64,000 nt of DNA from the NCBI GenBank assembly GCA_964016885.1, contig OZ024747.1:74338001-74402000 (forward strand), written 5' to 3'. This stretch comes from Eledone cirrhosa. Its lineage: Eukaryota. A program made the translations under genes and the position numbers. The notes beneath the pieces were generated by a model. The model was not told the origin of the DNA. It saw only the letters and a program-made list of their open reading frames with translations, and made no database searches. Of this stretch, positions 28,360-42,696 are shown one piece after another. Positions within the stretch are counted from its first letter, which is position 1; every line of letters begins with the position of its first letter.

Positions 28360-28452
28360 TGCTGCCTTTCATCCTTACGGGGTCGATAAAATAAGGTACC
28401 AGTAATACACTGGGTAATTGCTGGCCTTGTGCCAAAAGTAGAAACAATTATA
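28360..28452 (+). mobile_element. SINE family A 3' fragment
   Basis: GCCTTTCATCCTTACGGGGTCGATAAAAT...TTGCTGGCCTTGTGCC. Confidence 0.8.
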
Positions 28453-28862
28453 CTATTGTAGAATATAATGCCCGACGGCAAAGCTTCAACCGAATATAGA
28501 CAGATATATAGGTTGATAGCTATAGATAGTTGCTATTCTATAAATGACAATTCTAAACTTGATATGTCTAATCAACCCTCTGTTAGAGATAGGTAGGGAG
28601 GAAGATATAAAATTACTGTCACCAGAAAAATAACATGTAGTTGCCACGTGATCAAGTGTATTATTATTATATCAACATACTGTTGACTTCACAAAGCTTT
28701 GGAAAAAATTTAGCCTTGAATATATAGTTACCACACTGCAGATAACTATAAGTTGTGTTGATGAATACAAGTAAATAGATACATAAATCGGATAAAGTTC
28801 GCTGGAGAGGGACGATGTGTAGAAAGTATATAAATAGCTTCTTTATGTCAACTGTATTAAAT

Positions 28863-29430
28863 ATAATTGTTTCTAATTTTAGTACAAGGCCAACAATTTA
28901 AAAGGGAAAGGAAATTTGATTAAATCGACCCCACTGGTACTGCATTTTTTCAACCCCGAAAGTATGAAAGGTGAGATTTGAACTCAGAACGCAAAATGAC
29001 GCAAAGTAGTGTTCAATGCTCTACCTATACTGCCAATCCACCGCCCTTAAATAATGATTTTTTATTTAGGCACAAAGCAAGCAATATTTGACAGGGACTT
29101 TATTTTATCGACCCCGTAAGGAGGAAAGGAAAATCTAAGACGGCGGGATTTGAACTCAGAACGTGAAGAGACGGAACTCTATGCCACAAAGGATGTTATC
29201 CGATACTCTAAAGATTCTACTACCATTCCACCACCTCCACATTTAAATAATTGTTTCTACTATTGGCACAAGGCCAGCAATTACCCAGTACATTACTGGT
29301 TCTTTATTTTATCGACCCGGGATGAAAGGCAAAGTTGACCTCGGCGGGATTCGAACTCAGAATGGAAAGGGTCGTAACATTATGCGTCAAAGCATGACGT
29401 CCGACCCTCTACCGATACTGGCAATCCACA
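28863..29430 (-). mobile_element. Three head-to-tail SINE family A copies
   Basis: Three B-box (GAGTTCRAAT on minus strand) units with the shared tail. Confidence 0.8.
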
Positions 29431-29627
29431 TTTAAATAATACATGAACTAAAGGACCAAATACGAGAATGTACAACAATTTTTAGAAAATGAGTTTATTT
29501 TAAAAATAAACACCTACATTTGGTCACACACACACAGACAGACACACACACACACACACACACCCACATACTGTCACACAGATATGTGGGTGTATGAGTG
29601 CTTCTCTGTGTTTACTTTCAAATGATT

Positions 29628-29810
29628 AAATAATTGTTTCTACTTTTGGCTCAAGGCCACCAATCACCCAGTACATTACTGGTACTTTATTTTATCGACC
29701 CCGTAGGGATGAAAGGCAAAGTTAACCTCGGCGAGATTTGAACTCAGACCGTAAAGGGACGTAACTATGCTGGAAAGCATGGCGTCCGACTCTCTACCAA
29801 TACTGCCAAT
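29628..29810 (-). mobile_element. SINE family A copy
   Basis: A box TGGCAGTATTGG, B box GAGTTCAAATC, central and tail motifs. Confidence 0.85.
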
Positions 29811-30631
29811 TAAATAATGAAGCAACCAAATACAAAATAAGTATGTAAATAAAAGGTATCTTTCTCCTGAAAAAAAACAATATAGCAAAGACGCGATAAA
29901 CAACACAACAAAAATAATTAATGTTATATAAGAGAAAATAAAATAAATGAACGGATGGAGTAAAATGAGAAAAAAGAAATGTCGTCCATTTTTTCGACAT
30001 CGTTTTACAAAAGCTGAAAATAGAGATTATATAAAATTTAACGGTAATTCGCCATTTTTCTTCGGCGATCGGTTTCTGCATTTTTGTTAATTTCATTAAT
30101 GCTGCCATCCTAAAAATACTAAAAACGACCAGATAATATGATTTAAATCCCTCCACAGCGAGCATATCGGAAAACATTTTGTAGATTTTTAAAGCATGTT
30201 ATTTTATCTTCCATATATATATGTATATATATATATATGGGTGTGTGTGTCTGTATGTCTATGTTTATATGCCTTTCTCTCTCTCTATATATATATATAT
30301 ATGTATGTGCACATGTGTATATATATGCACATGCACATAAACATGATATCCACACACACACACATACATACACACACACACAAATACACATATATACGCA
30401 TGCATTCACATACTCACATATACAAGTGTGTGCATCTGTATGCGGGGGTGTCTACGTGTATCTTTGTGTGTTTCTATAAGCGTGCGTGTATACGTATGTG
30501 TGAGGGAGGTGTGTATGCATGTGTTTCTATGTGTGTATACATATTGACTCAGCTCCGAACATGAAATTTAATTAAGCAACAAAAACGTAATTAAAGTATT
30601 GAAAAATACTGAAAACAAATTGTAGAATTAA

Positions 30632-31076
30632 AGTAAAGGAGACTTGATGCTGCTTGTAAAGTATGTGTGTGTATGTATGTGTATATATATATATGTGTAT
30701 ATATATGTATGTGTAAAGGAGACTTGATGCTGCTTGTAAAGTATGTGTGTGTATGTATGTGTATATGTATATATGTGTATATATATGTATGTGTAAAGGA
30801 GACTTGATGTTGCTTGTAAAGTATGTGTGTGTATGTATGTGTATATATATATATGTGTATATATATGTATGTGTAAAGGAGACTTGATGCTGCTTGTAAA
30901 GTATGTGTGTGTATGTATGTGTATATATATATATATGTGTATATATATATATGTGTATATATATGTATGTGTAAAGGAGACTTGATGTTGCTTGTAAAGT
31001 ATGTGTGTGTATGTATGTGTATATATATATATGTGTATATATATGTATGTGTAAAGGAGACTTGATGCTGGTTGTA
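30632..31076. repeat. ~80-bp tandem repeat x5-6 (GTAAAGGAGACTTGATGCTGCTTGTAAAG + TG/TA tract)
   Basis: Unique core repeated six times. Confidence 0.9.
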
Positions 31077-32764
31077 ATATGAGAGTAATGGAGGTCGTTG
31101 TGTTTATTTGACTGAACACTGCTGTGTAAATATGGGTCTCTGTGTAGCTGTGTAGGTGTTTGTATGTGGAAATGTGGGTCTCTGTGTATGTGTCTGGCTG
31201 TGTAGGTGTCTGTAAGTGGAAATCTGTGTGCGTGTGTGTGTCTGTCTGTATAGGTGTCTGTATGTGGAAATGCGTGTGTGTGTGTAGCTTTTTTTTAGGT
31301 GTCTGTAAGTGTTAATGTGTAAATGTGTGTTCGCGTGTGTCTGTCTGTGAGTGTGTGGCTGTATATGTTCGTAAATGTGTGTGTGCATGTCTGTAAGTGT
31401 GTGTGGGTGTATGTATGTGTAAATTCCTGTGTGTATGTGTGTTTATATCTGGCTGTGTGTGTGGGTATATGTGTGTATTTGTGCATCGGTCCGTGTATGA
31501 GGGTGTATGTGTGTGTAAATATGTGTATGTGTGGCTGTAATGTTAGTAGATGCATGCATGTGAATGTGTAGGCATGTTTCCATTTGTGTTAACTTGTGTT
31601 TGTGTGTGGGGGGGGGGGGGGTGAAAGGTGAAAGTACTATTGAATATGTATTTATACGTGTGAATGTTCAACTTTGAATATAAGTAGATATATGTCAATG
31701 CCAATGTTAAATATCTTTAATAAGGAATATATGAGTGCATGTTTGTACGAAGTGTATATATAATTACTATAACTTGCATACTCCTCAAGTGGATTTTGTT
31801 GATTTCGGATTGACAGAAACTTACGGGAGATAGTGCTTAATATCGACGCGATGGTCCAGGTTTGTTAAATTATCCTGAGTTGGTTTTCTCGTTGCTTTGT
31901 TCCTTGCGGCTGGCTTACCGGTCGCAATCTTCAATTTGCCGAGCTTTCTAAACGTAATGTTATTACGCTAAGGTAAAATACCTTATTCAGTGCTTAGCTG
32001 TACATTCCGATTGCATTCGTTAGCATAGCTGCAGCCAGTGTGTGTTTGTGTGTGTGTGTGGGGGGGGGGGGTCTTACCCATAAATCCTGATGGAGTTGTG
32101 GGTTCGCTATATTGGCATACACCATTTCTTATGGCAAGTCTTTGAACCTGACGAGGCTCATCTTCTCTCCAGGATAGAGAGGGAGTGAAGGCATGAAAGG
32201 CAAAGCTGACCTTGGCAGTATTTGGACATTAGAGTACAGAAAATCATTTTATCCAACGTTCTAACAATTGTGGGCCAATAAGGCCAACTATATTTGTGGG
32301 GCTAAGAATAGACGTGACCGTATCATCATTTTATCAAAAGCTCTGCTTAAGACTGAATCTAAACAACGTGAGGAGCAATGATATAATCATATAACAAATA
32401 ACATCTATAACAGCTATACAAACTAGTGTATCAATTATATTTTCTTCTGCCAGCAACGTTTAATGTCACAACATCAATACTGGTAATTTTTCCTCCAATT
32501 CAATGAAACTTTGTTCACTGAAAATTTAACCTCTTTTTTATTCGTTTGTTTTTCTTTTATTGTATTTTTCTTTCTTTGGGACTCTTTTTTGTTTTTATTG
32601 CTTTCATCTGATTCAATGATTTTGATAAAGTTTTGTTTGTGTTTTGCCTTTTTGTGGTTTTTCATGTTTCCTCACAGTTACTGTCTCTCTTGTACATAGA
32701 CTAATTCTTAATCACTTGTATCATGCCATGGACCCATTTTAACTTTTTATGCACATATTTTAGC

Positions 32765-32898
<134 letters not shown>

Positions 32899-33260
32899 TT
32901 ATAGATATAGTTATTATATACATGTATACATGCAAGTGTGTAAGTACGAATATCTATATGCTTATAAATATGTGTATGTAAATATACATATATATAGACA
33001 TATATATATATATATATATGTGTGTGTGTATGTATATATATTTACATATATATATGTGTGTGGGTGTGTGTGTAGATGCGTATTTATGTGTATGCATATG
33101 TACGTACCTGTATGTGTGCCTATGTTATAACAGTTATCTACACATTGGAAGAATATAATTCCATTCCATACCCTTAATGTCTAACGAGGTTATTGTTCAG
33201 AAATGCATGTATAGAAAGTAAAATATTTCACTAAGATGTAGTCATCCATATGAGCTAATA

Positions 33261-34015
<755 letters not shown>

Positions 34016-34029
34016 TCGCATATTTTGAA

Positions 34030-34200
34030 GGCCAATGGCTTAGTGTTTAGTGTCTTCAGTTCAGGAGCTTACGATCAAGATTTCGATTTCCTAAGGTTCG
34101 ATGTGTCCTTGAGCAAGTCACTTCATTTCATGTAACTCCGATGACAAAGTCTTTGAGGAATGCTCAGCCACTTACACGTTAATTTCACAAGCAGGATGTT
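34030..34200 (+). mobile_element. tRNA-derived SINE, second family (GTGTCCTTGAGCAAG core)
   Basis: TGGCTTAGTG A-box-like head, GTGTCCTTGAGCAAGTCACTT core shared with 50620, 52180, 56870, 59960. Confidence 0.6.
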
Positions 34201-34619
34201 TCTGTAACACTTGTTTTGTTACGCTTCCCTGTAGTTCCATCGCAGAGATAGATGTATGTATTGTTTGTCTTTCTTTATATGAGTTTATATGTAGGTGTCG
34301 ATGTTTCTTGATACAGATTTAATTCTTTACTGATGTTTTCAATGTTTATCATGTCAGCTTTGGTACCAAACAGCAGAAGCAGAGTTAATGATAAGAGAAG
34401 ACGAGCAAAATGAGAGACTAGGGAATACTAGTGGTTATACTTACATACATATAACCATACATACATACATACATACATACATACATACATACATACATAC
34501 ATACATACATAACATATTTGTGAAATTATAAAACAAGAAGAACATACTTACGTACATACATACTTATATACATATATACATACATATAAATAGACAGATA
34601 GATAGCTAGATAGCTGGAT

Positions 34620-34679
<60 letters not shown>

Positions 34680-35863
34680 GTAGGTAGATAGGTAGATAGA
34701 TATTGTGAGCTTCGGTATAAAGAGAGGATAGGAAGATAAATATATATGGAGGGGTGGTTGGTGATAAGCTATACCGAATGTAGGTATGGACTTGTAGTTG
34801 TATGGGAGATATAAGGGGTGGGTGGTGATTGACGGATGAAGGAATAGTTAGTGATAAGACATGGCAAGTATAGACATAGAGGGATGTTTATAAATGGAGG
34901 ACAGAGAGGGGAATGAGACGATGATTAGAGAACGACAGGATAAACTGAGGAGGGCATGGGTTAAAGTAAGGTATAGAGAAACAACAGCTGGAGACATATC
35001 AATGGGAATGACGGAGTATGTTATAATGAAAAATGTCATCGGGAAATGTATGGACATCATGATAATGGGATCGGTGAAGTTATTGTAGCTAATTGATGGA
35101 TAGTAGAGATAAGTGAGAGTGTAGAGAGGGGGTGAAGGGGTGAGGAGGTGAGTGGGTGGTTGAGTCAGTGAGGGAGTGTGTGAGTGAGTGAGGGACTGAA
35201 TGGGTGTGTGAGGGGGAGGGGAGTGGGTGTGCGAATGGGTGTGCGAGTGAGTGAGTGTGTGACAGAGTGTGTGAGTGAGTGAGAGAGTGAGAGTGTGAGT
35301 GTGTGTGTAAATAAATGAGTGAGTGGGTGAGTGAGTGAGAGAGTGAGTGTGTGAGTGTGTGAGTGAGTGTGTTAGTAAATGAGTGAGTGAGAGAGTAAGC
35401 AAGTGAGTGAGGGGATAACACTATGTAAGACAGAGTGAGATACAAAGAAAGAGAAAGAGAGAGAGTTACCTGGACAACACACGATATGGTTAAGAGTGTC
35501 TTGCTATGGCCAGTATGTGTGTGTGTGTCTCGAAGTCTGTGTGTGTGTGTGACAGTTTCTATATATATATATGTGTGTGTGTGTGTGTCTGTGTTGTGTA
35601 CGTGTGTATGTGATTGTATATGTGTGTGTGGCTGTGTATGTATGTGTGTGTGTAAGGTGGGGGGTGAAGAAGGAATCAGCACGCGAGAAAGAATGAAAAC
35701 ACAAAATAGATAAGAAGATTATAGAGATTAGAGAGAGCAGGGTAAGATACGGGTAGCAACTTTTACCCAGAGAAAGAGTGGATGGTATATATATATATAT
35801 GCGTGTGTGTGTGTGTGTGTGTGTGTGTATAAAGTGTTTATATATTTATTTAATACCTTCTAT

Positions 35864-36287
35864 CATTACAAATATAATTATTCCTACTTTGGGCACAAGG
35901 CCAGCAATTATAACAGTGTATTACTGGTACTTTATTTTATCGACCCCCGTAAGGATAAAAGGCAAAGTTAACCTCGGCGAGATTTGAACTCAGACCATAA
36001 AGGGCCGTAACTCTATGCTGCAAAGCATGGCGTTCGACCCTCTACCGATACTGCCAATCCACCACCCTTCTACCATTACAAATATAATTGATTCTACTTT
36101 AGGCACAAGGCCAGCAATTATCCAGTGCATTACTGGTACTTTATTTTATCGACCCCGTAAGGATGAAAGGCAAAGTCAACCTCGGCGGGATTTGAACTCA
36201 GATCGTAAAGGGACGTAACTATGCTGGAAAGCATGGCGTCCGACCCTCTACCGATACTGCCAATCCACCGCCCATTACAAATATAAT
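35864..36287 (-). mobile_element. Two tandem full-length SINE family A copies with a 15-bp motif repeated at all three boundaries
   Basis: A/B boxes in both; CATTACAAATATAAT at 35864, 36074, 36273. Confidence 0.9.
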
Positions 36288-36437
36288 GTCGTTCATAAAC
36301 ACAACTATAAACGCATAAAAGAGAATAAAAAAGGGGAAAAGAGTCTTTTCCTACTATATCAATCATTAAACTAAAATATTTCTTCATTGTACTGTGTTGT
36401 TTGCCTTGTTGTTTCCGTTTATATTTTGAATATATAC

Positions 36438-36502
<65 letters not shown>

Positions 36503-36854
36503 GAGAGAGAGAGCATTAATATAATTACTATATGTTTGAAAATATTCTCTCATTGAAAGAGTGCCATTGACTATAAAGAAAGCTGGATGTTGGCCTCACG
36601 TGTCGTGATTCCCGACTCGTCAGCAAAACTATACTTTGAAATTTCAATTTTCCACACGCGTCATAAGATGTTTATTATAGAATTAAAGTTTTCCTTTGGT
36701 GGACAAGTACACGATACTTATTCATTTTGTCTCACCTTGTGGCGGAACTAGGAACTATATGGTTGTGAAACCAACTTCTTAATACACCAAACTCTGCTTG
36801 CGCCTATTGAATAATACTGCTCTTCTTGCGTATCATATACAAACTTTGGATGGC

Positions 36855-37170
36855 AGCAAATTGGCAGAGTCATTAGACCGTCGGATAGACTTCTTTGCTG
36901 TATTCGTTTAGGCTCTCTGCTTTTTGAGTTCAAATCCCGCCGAGGTCAACTTTATGTTTCATCTATTCGAGGTCGATAAAAAATTATCACTCAAGTATTG
37001 GAGTTGATTCTTCCTGTATATCTGCTTCGCACTTCCATTATCTCACTCTCTCTGACCTTCTCTGGGAGAAATCAGCTGTCTGCAGACCTGGAGAGGAGAT
37101 GGAATTCTCCAAGTTTTAATAGAATATTCTAGAAACGCCGTATATCAATGCGGAGGTCCTACAACTCACA
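36855..37170 (+). mobile_element. SINE with family A head and alternative CT-rich 3' module (family B)
   Basis: GAGTTCAAATCCCGCCGAGGTCAAC head then ...GGAGAAAT...AGACCTGGAGAGG...GAAACGCCGTAT tail. Confidence 0.7.
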
Positions 37171-37638
37171 CATGAGTTACGGCACCATACAAACTCGTAC
37201 ATACAAATTTTCGATTTCTAAGGCTTCATTCATTAATAAAATATGTTGACACCACTTTCACGCCATTTAATTGGGCTCAGAATTATGTAAAATCTAAATA
37301 ATTCTAGTTTCTTCGTTTAACAACTTTATTCAATTAGAGAAACGTTCGCTGACAAAATCGTTGCATTAATGTAAAACAACACTTCCGTTGATAATTCTGA
37401 AGAAAGCAGATATATATCCGGTTTTGTAACCGCCTAATTTATTTTAATTTAGGTTTTTTAATGCTCCATGTAGTAAATATACTAGCATCGAGTAATTTAG
37501 TTTGATGTAAACAGATCTAATGGAGTTGCCTAGTGGTCAGAGTATTGAATTTACGGCCATAATCTCGTGGGTTCGATTCCTGGATTGAGATGCATGTTGT
37601 GCTCTTGAATGTGCTGGGGCATGTGTGTCTGTCAGTGC

Positions 37639-37679
<41 letters not shown>

Positions 37680-38329
37680 TATTTTCCGTGTGTTTGTGAT
37701 GCCTAAGCGTGTGTATATGAACGTGTACATATATGTGTGCGTGTCTGTTTGTATGTGTTTTGTGTATGTGTGTGTGTTTGTGTATATGCATGTGTATGTA
37801 TGTGTATGTGTGTGTGTGTGGGCGTGGTTTTTTGCCATTGACTTGTTGAAGAATAAGTAAATAGTTCATATTTTTCTAGAGTTACAAGAAAGTAAATGTT
37901 GAAAGATATGTGAACTTGCCTTTTATAAATCTGTCTAAATGTTAACATTAGAATTAGAAGCCACCTCCTCCCACAAAAAAACTTGTCATTTAAAGGGAAC
38001 ATTCTTTTCTTATAATGGAATCCCCTGACTGTATCTGGTATTTATTTATAAGGACTTTTAACATATTTACTCGAGAAAAACCAAAAAGCTAAATAGAAAT
38101 AAAAAATAAAATGATGTTAAGAAAAAACGACGTTCATCATTGCTTAATATTATCTGAATTATTTTGATGATTATGGAAGATAACTCCAGATAACTATCAG
38201 TAGTATTTCCCATAATGCTGGCTTAATACCGGTGAAAGAAACGTTAAGTAAATCTACAAGAATGTACGGTTTTGGCGTGGAAAAATAGAAATACTTAGAG
38301 AATACATTACTCTTAGACACTAACTGTTA

Positions 38330-38641
38330 AGGCTCTTTATGGTCAGAGTTCAAATGCCGCCGAGGTTAACTTTGCCTTTCATCCTTACGGGATCGATAAA
38401 ATAAAGTACTAGTAATACACTGGGATAATTGGTGGCCTTGTGCCCAAAGTAGAAACAATTAATATATTTAAATAGTGCAGTAAGCTGGCACAATTGATAG
38501 AGTATTAACCAACATGACTTGCAATATATTTTCCAGCTCTCTACCACCTGAGTTCAAATCCTACAACGAGCTTCTTTGCCTTTCATCTATTCGAGTTAAT
38601 ACCAGTCACGTACTTCCTCTATGTCTCTTTCTCACTTCCAT

Positions 38642-38686
<45 letters not shown>

Positions 38687-38800
38687 TTCCTTCGCTGGGA
38701 GAAATATGTTGTAATCAGACCTGAAGAGTGATTAACACCGCCAGGTTCCAAATGCCCAAGAAACGCCGTATTCCGCTATGGCGCCCCTACAACTCCATTA
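38330..38800 (+). mobile_element. SINE family A copy followed by a family B copy
   Basis: Shared head, central and tail motifs. Confidence 0.7.
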
Positions 38801-38820
38801 GTTACTACGGGGACCATATC

Positions 38821-38855
<35 letters not shown>

Positions 38856-39092
38856 TGTGTGTGTATCTCTGTGTGTATTAGTGTGTGTAATGTGCATTTG
38901 GTTGGAAATTTAACTGAATTTTCCCTCTCTGGGGATCTTTACAAGATTTTCATAAGGTAATTTATAGAAACAGACTGGAATTGTAGTTAGTTTCTGCGCA
39001 TGAGCTCCCTACACACAGACACACACACACGCACACGCACACACATACATACACATGCACGCACACACACGCACACACACACGCACACATAT

Positions 39093-39162
<70 letters not shown>

Positions 39163-39851
39163 ATATAAAGTTTAATTAATTATGCTGCCAAAAGTATAAC
39201 TGCCATGCAAATAAAACTAATTATTTCAGCTATATTCTGCATCCTGCTTAACAAAAATAGTGATGCTATAAAAAGATTCGTTTGCTGAAAGAATCATAGA
39301 TATAATTATCTTCGGATGAGGAGACAATAATCTCTGAAATGCACAAGGGGGAATTTCACAGCGAGGCTTCTAATTAAAAAACTGTAGCTATATCTACATT
39401 AAGTGTACTTTAACCTTCTCATATACGCCATGTTCTAGCATCAGTATTTATATTGTTATAAATCACTATGTCACCACAATGTAAAGTGGACGATAGATAG
39501 AGAATAAATTGAAGGCAACAAAAATGTAGGTGTGTCACCTGTTATTTTATTTACCTGTCGTAACTTTCAAATAGTTTTATACTCTAACAATGCACCAAGC
39601 AAACTGAAACACCCTCTTATCATTTTATATATTTTTATGTTGTAGTTATACTTTTCGTTTTAATTTAACTAGTTAATCGTATTTCTTAAGGTGTGCTTGG
39701 CTGGTTCAGTCTTGTACTTTGGTTTTGAGTAGGGTCGTATAAGAAACATTTACATATTTCGAATCATGCCCATGCTATTGTCGAGAGTAAGAACCTCATT
39801 GAAAGGTCTCTACTATTACTATGAACAGGGGTTTTTTTTGGGGGGGGGGGT

Positions 39852-40125
39852 GACATACGGCGTTTCTAGGGCATTTTAAAACCTGGCGGAACCCATCTCC
39901 TCTCGAGGTCTGAAAACAGTAGATTTCCTCCAGAATAGAGAGTAAGTGAAAGAATGGCAGTGAGAAAGAGATATAGCGGAAGAAGCTACCCCAGTACTAA
40001 ACTGGTATTTTTTTTTTAACCTTGAATTGTTGAAAGGCGAAGTTGACCTTGACGGGATTTGAACTCAGACAGCAGAGGGCGGAAACAAATACCGAAAAGT
40101 ATTCTATCTGACAATTCGCTGCCTA
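39852..40125 (-). mobile_element. SINE family B copy
   Basis: Reverse complement of family B head and tail. Confidence 0.7.
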
Positions 40126-40794
40126 GAATTAAGTACTTAGTGCATTTCAGAGGTTTGCCCTTTCAATTAGTATTACAGTATATCCGATGAACTTCCAAAT
40201 AGTTTTGTTCACAAGTCTATCCAAGACTAAGGTTAATAAGACTGCGTCAAGATGCCACGCATTCGGATCGAACCTGGGACCTAATGATTTCAAAACTAAT
40301 TCATTAATCATTCGTCATTGCTGCGTCCACTTAAAACTGAGGAAGCAGTTAAAGAGGAAAATAAGTCATACAAACGAAGCAGTATAAGAAGTGTGATTGA
40401 ATGGGTATTCGAATATAAGTTGTCGACTCTAACTTAAAACATTGACGAGATAACATTTGATATTCACATTTCCCATCTTTTATTTCGATTTTAATCTAAT
40501 TAATATAATCTTTCACGGCTTCTATTAATGATTTTCTTCGAATTATTTTTCGTTTCGTTTTTTCTTTTTTTCTTCCTTGTTTCGGATATATATATATATA
40601 TATGAATGAAGTTAATATGTCCAAGGATACTAAGTACCCCTAGAAATACATAGGTTGTCTATGATTCAAGGTTGTTCAATGGTATTAATTTGATATACCA
40701 GAACTTTAATATTAAGATAAGCAGAACAAGTAAAATTCAACCAATTTTTTAAAATAAATAAAAAAATATAATATAAATATTTACCTCTTCTAAT

Positions 40795-40878
40795 GGCCCT
40801 TACTGATCAGTTTCGCTTTGTAAAACCCCGGAAATCCGATGGATATCTGATGGAAAACCAAAACTCATCAGAGAAGCA
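40795..40878 (-). ncRNA. Type I hammerhead ribozyme candidate
   Basis: tgcttct-CTGATGA-gttttg...caaagc-GAAA-ctgatcag-TA-agggcc; palindromic helix III, GUA triplet. Confidence 0.7.
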
Positions 40879-41441
40879 TTTTCCTTTCTTAGGGCTAAAA
40901 GACAAAGGAAAGATAAACTATATGACTTCCTGCCAGCTAATACAGGTCTGAAAGGTCGTGAAAGTGACCCGTATGTAAACCGGTCTGCAATAAAAGCGGG
41001 AAACCACAGACTTGCTGTCTATAATTACTACTAAAAAAATAGCAACTAAATAGAACAACAGATTTGTTCTCTACATAACGGAGAATAATGAATGAAGTTA
41101 ATATGTCCAAGGATACTAAGTACCCCTAGAAATACATAGGTTGTCTATGATTCAAGGTTGTTCAATGGTATTAATTTGATATACCAGAACTTTAATATTA
41201 AGATAAGCAGAACAAGTAAAATTCAACCAATTTTTTTAAATAAATTATGTAGAGAACAAATCTGTTCTATTTAGCTGCTATTTTTTTAGTAGTAATTATA
41301 GACAGCAAGTCTGTGGTTTCCCGCTTTTACTTCAGACCGGTTTACATACGGGTCACTTTCACGACCTTTCAGACCTGTATTAGCTGGCAGGAGGTCATAT
41401 ATTTTATCGTTCCTGGGTCTTTTAGCCCTAGGAAAGGAAAA

Positions 41442-41525
41442 TGCTTCTCTGATGAGATTTGGTTTTCCATCAGATATCCATCGGATTTCCGGGGTTTTAT
41501 AAAGCGAAACTGATCAGTAAGGGCG
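41442..41525 (+). ncRNA. Type I hammerhead ribozyme candidate (inverted copy)
   Basis: tgcttct-CTGATGA-gatttg...taaagc-GAAA-ctgatcag-TA-agggcg. Confidence 0.65.
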
Positions 41526-41793
41526 ATTAGAAGAGGTAAATATTTATATTTTATATTATATTTTTTAATTTAATTAAAAAAATTGGTTGAATTTTACTTG
41601 TTCTGCTTATCTTAATATATATTATATATATATATATGTATATATATGTATATATATATATATTATATATATATAATCAGTAGACGATTAAACTATTTAT
41701 ATATATTTATATATGTATATATATATATGTATATATATTATATATATATAATCAGTAGACGATTAAACTATATATATATATTTATATATATAT

Positions 41794-42369
41794 ATGGTGG
41801 CTGCCAACTCGTTTTCGAGTACGGCCACTACTTTATATCCATGTAGGAGAACCCCTACCGATGCGTTGAACGAGTGTGACTTTTTAGTCTAGCCTGCGAC
41901 ATGAAAACTCTGGTACAAACACTACACTTGTGACAATTATTGACACATAGTGCTGGGCCCATGGTACCATGTGACGACAAGTGCAGAGAGATCTCCAGAT
42001 ATAAAGCAATGCCTGTGCCGTGAAGCTTTTATAGTGAGCAAAGGCACTGCACAAAGCCAGTCCTACTCTCTTAACCAAGATGATATTTACCAAAAAGAAG
42101 AACAAGTTAACATCATTGGATACCAGCAGGGTTGCAGGTGTTATATCAGAGTTTTCCTTCTCCTAGAATTCTGCCTTGACAAAGGCTAAGGGGTCATCTC
42201 TCCCGGTGATTTTGGATGGCCATTGACTCTTAAGAGCTCCTTTGCCCTTTGACAGGTTTTGTTTTTAGTCCTGCAGGATGTCCAAAGTCACCCTCCTCAC
42301 CAAGAAACCTTGGTGGGGTTGCCAGTTTAGTCGCCAACGACCCGACCATGGGACAGGTTGTACTGGGAT
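41794..42369 (-). mobile_element. Non-autonomous RTE-derived element, apparently full length (~575 bp)
   Basis: RTE 5'UTR-like motif CTAGGAGAAGGAAAACTCTGA; 3' end GGCCGTACTCGAAAACGAGTTGGCAGCCACCAT similar to LINE 3' end; other copies at 17889, 52661, 7895. Confidence 0.75.
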
Positions 42370-42590
42370 ACATACATACATTCATACATACATACATACA
42401 TACATACATACATACATACATACATACATACATGATGGCTGCCCCCTCGTTATCGAGTATGGCCATTGCACGAGAAAAAAAAAGAAAAGAAAAGAAAAGA
42501 AAATAATAATAGTAATAATAATAATAATAATAAATAAATAAAAAAAAAGAAATATATATATATATATATACATACATACATATATACATA

Positions 42591-42655
<65 letters not shown>

Positions 42656-42662
42656 TAAAAAC

Positions 42663-42696
<34 letters not shown>

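Larger units (their letters stand above)
40602..41618. mobile_element. Non-coding hammerhead element: 486-bp unit in partial tandem (minus) plus inverted ~370-bp copy (plus)
   Basis: Direct repeat 40602-40759 / 41088-41245; inverted arms 40709-41078 / 41245-41618; (TA)n on both sides. Confidence 0.85.

Noticed and set aside
29794-30177. 127-aa ORF or first exon MAALMKLTKMQKP...
   Set aside because: No recognisable homology, weak donor, AT-rich tail.
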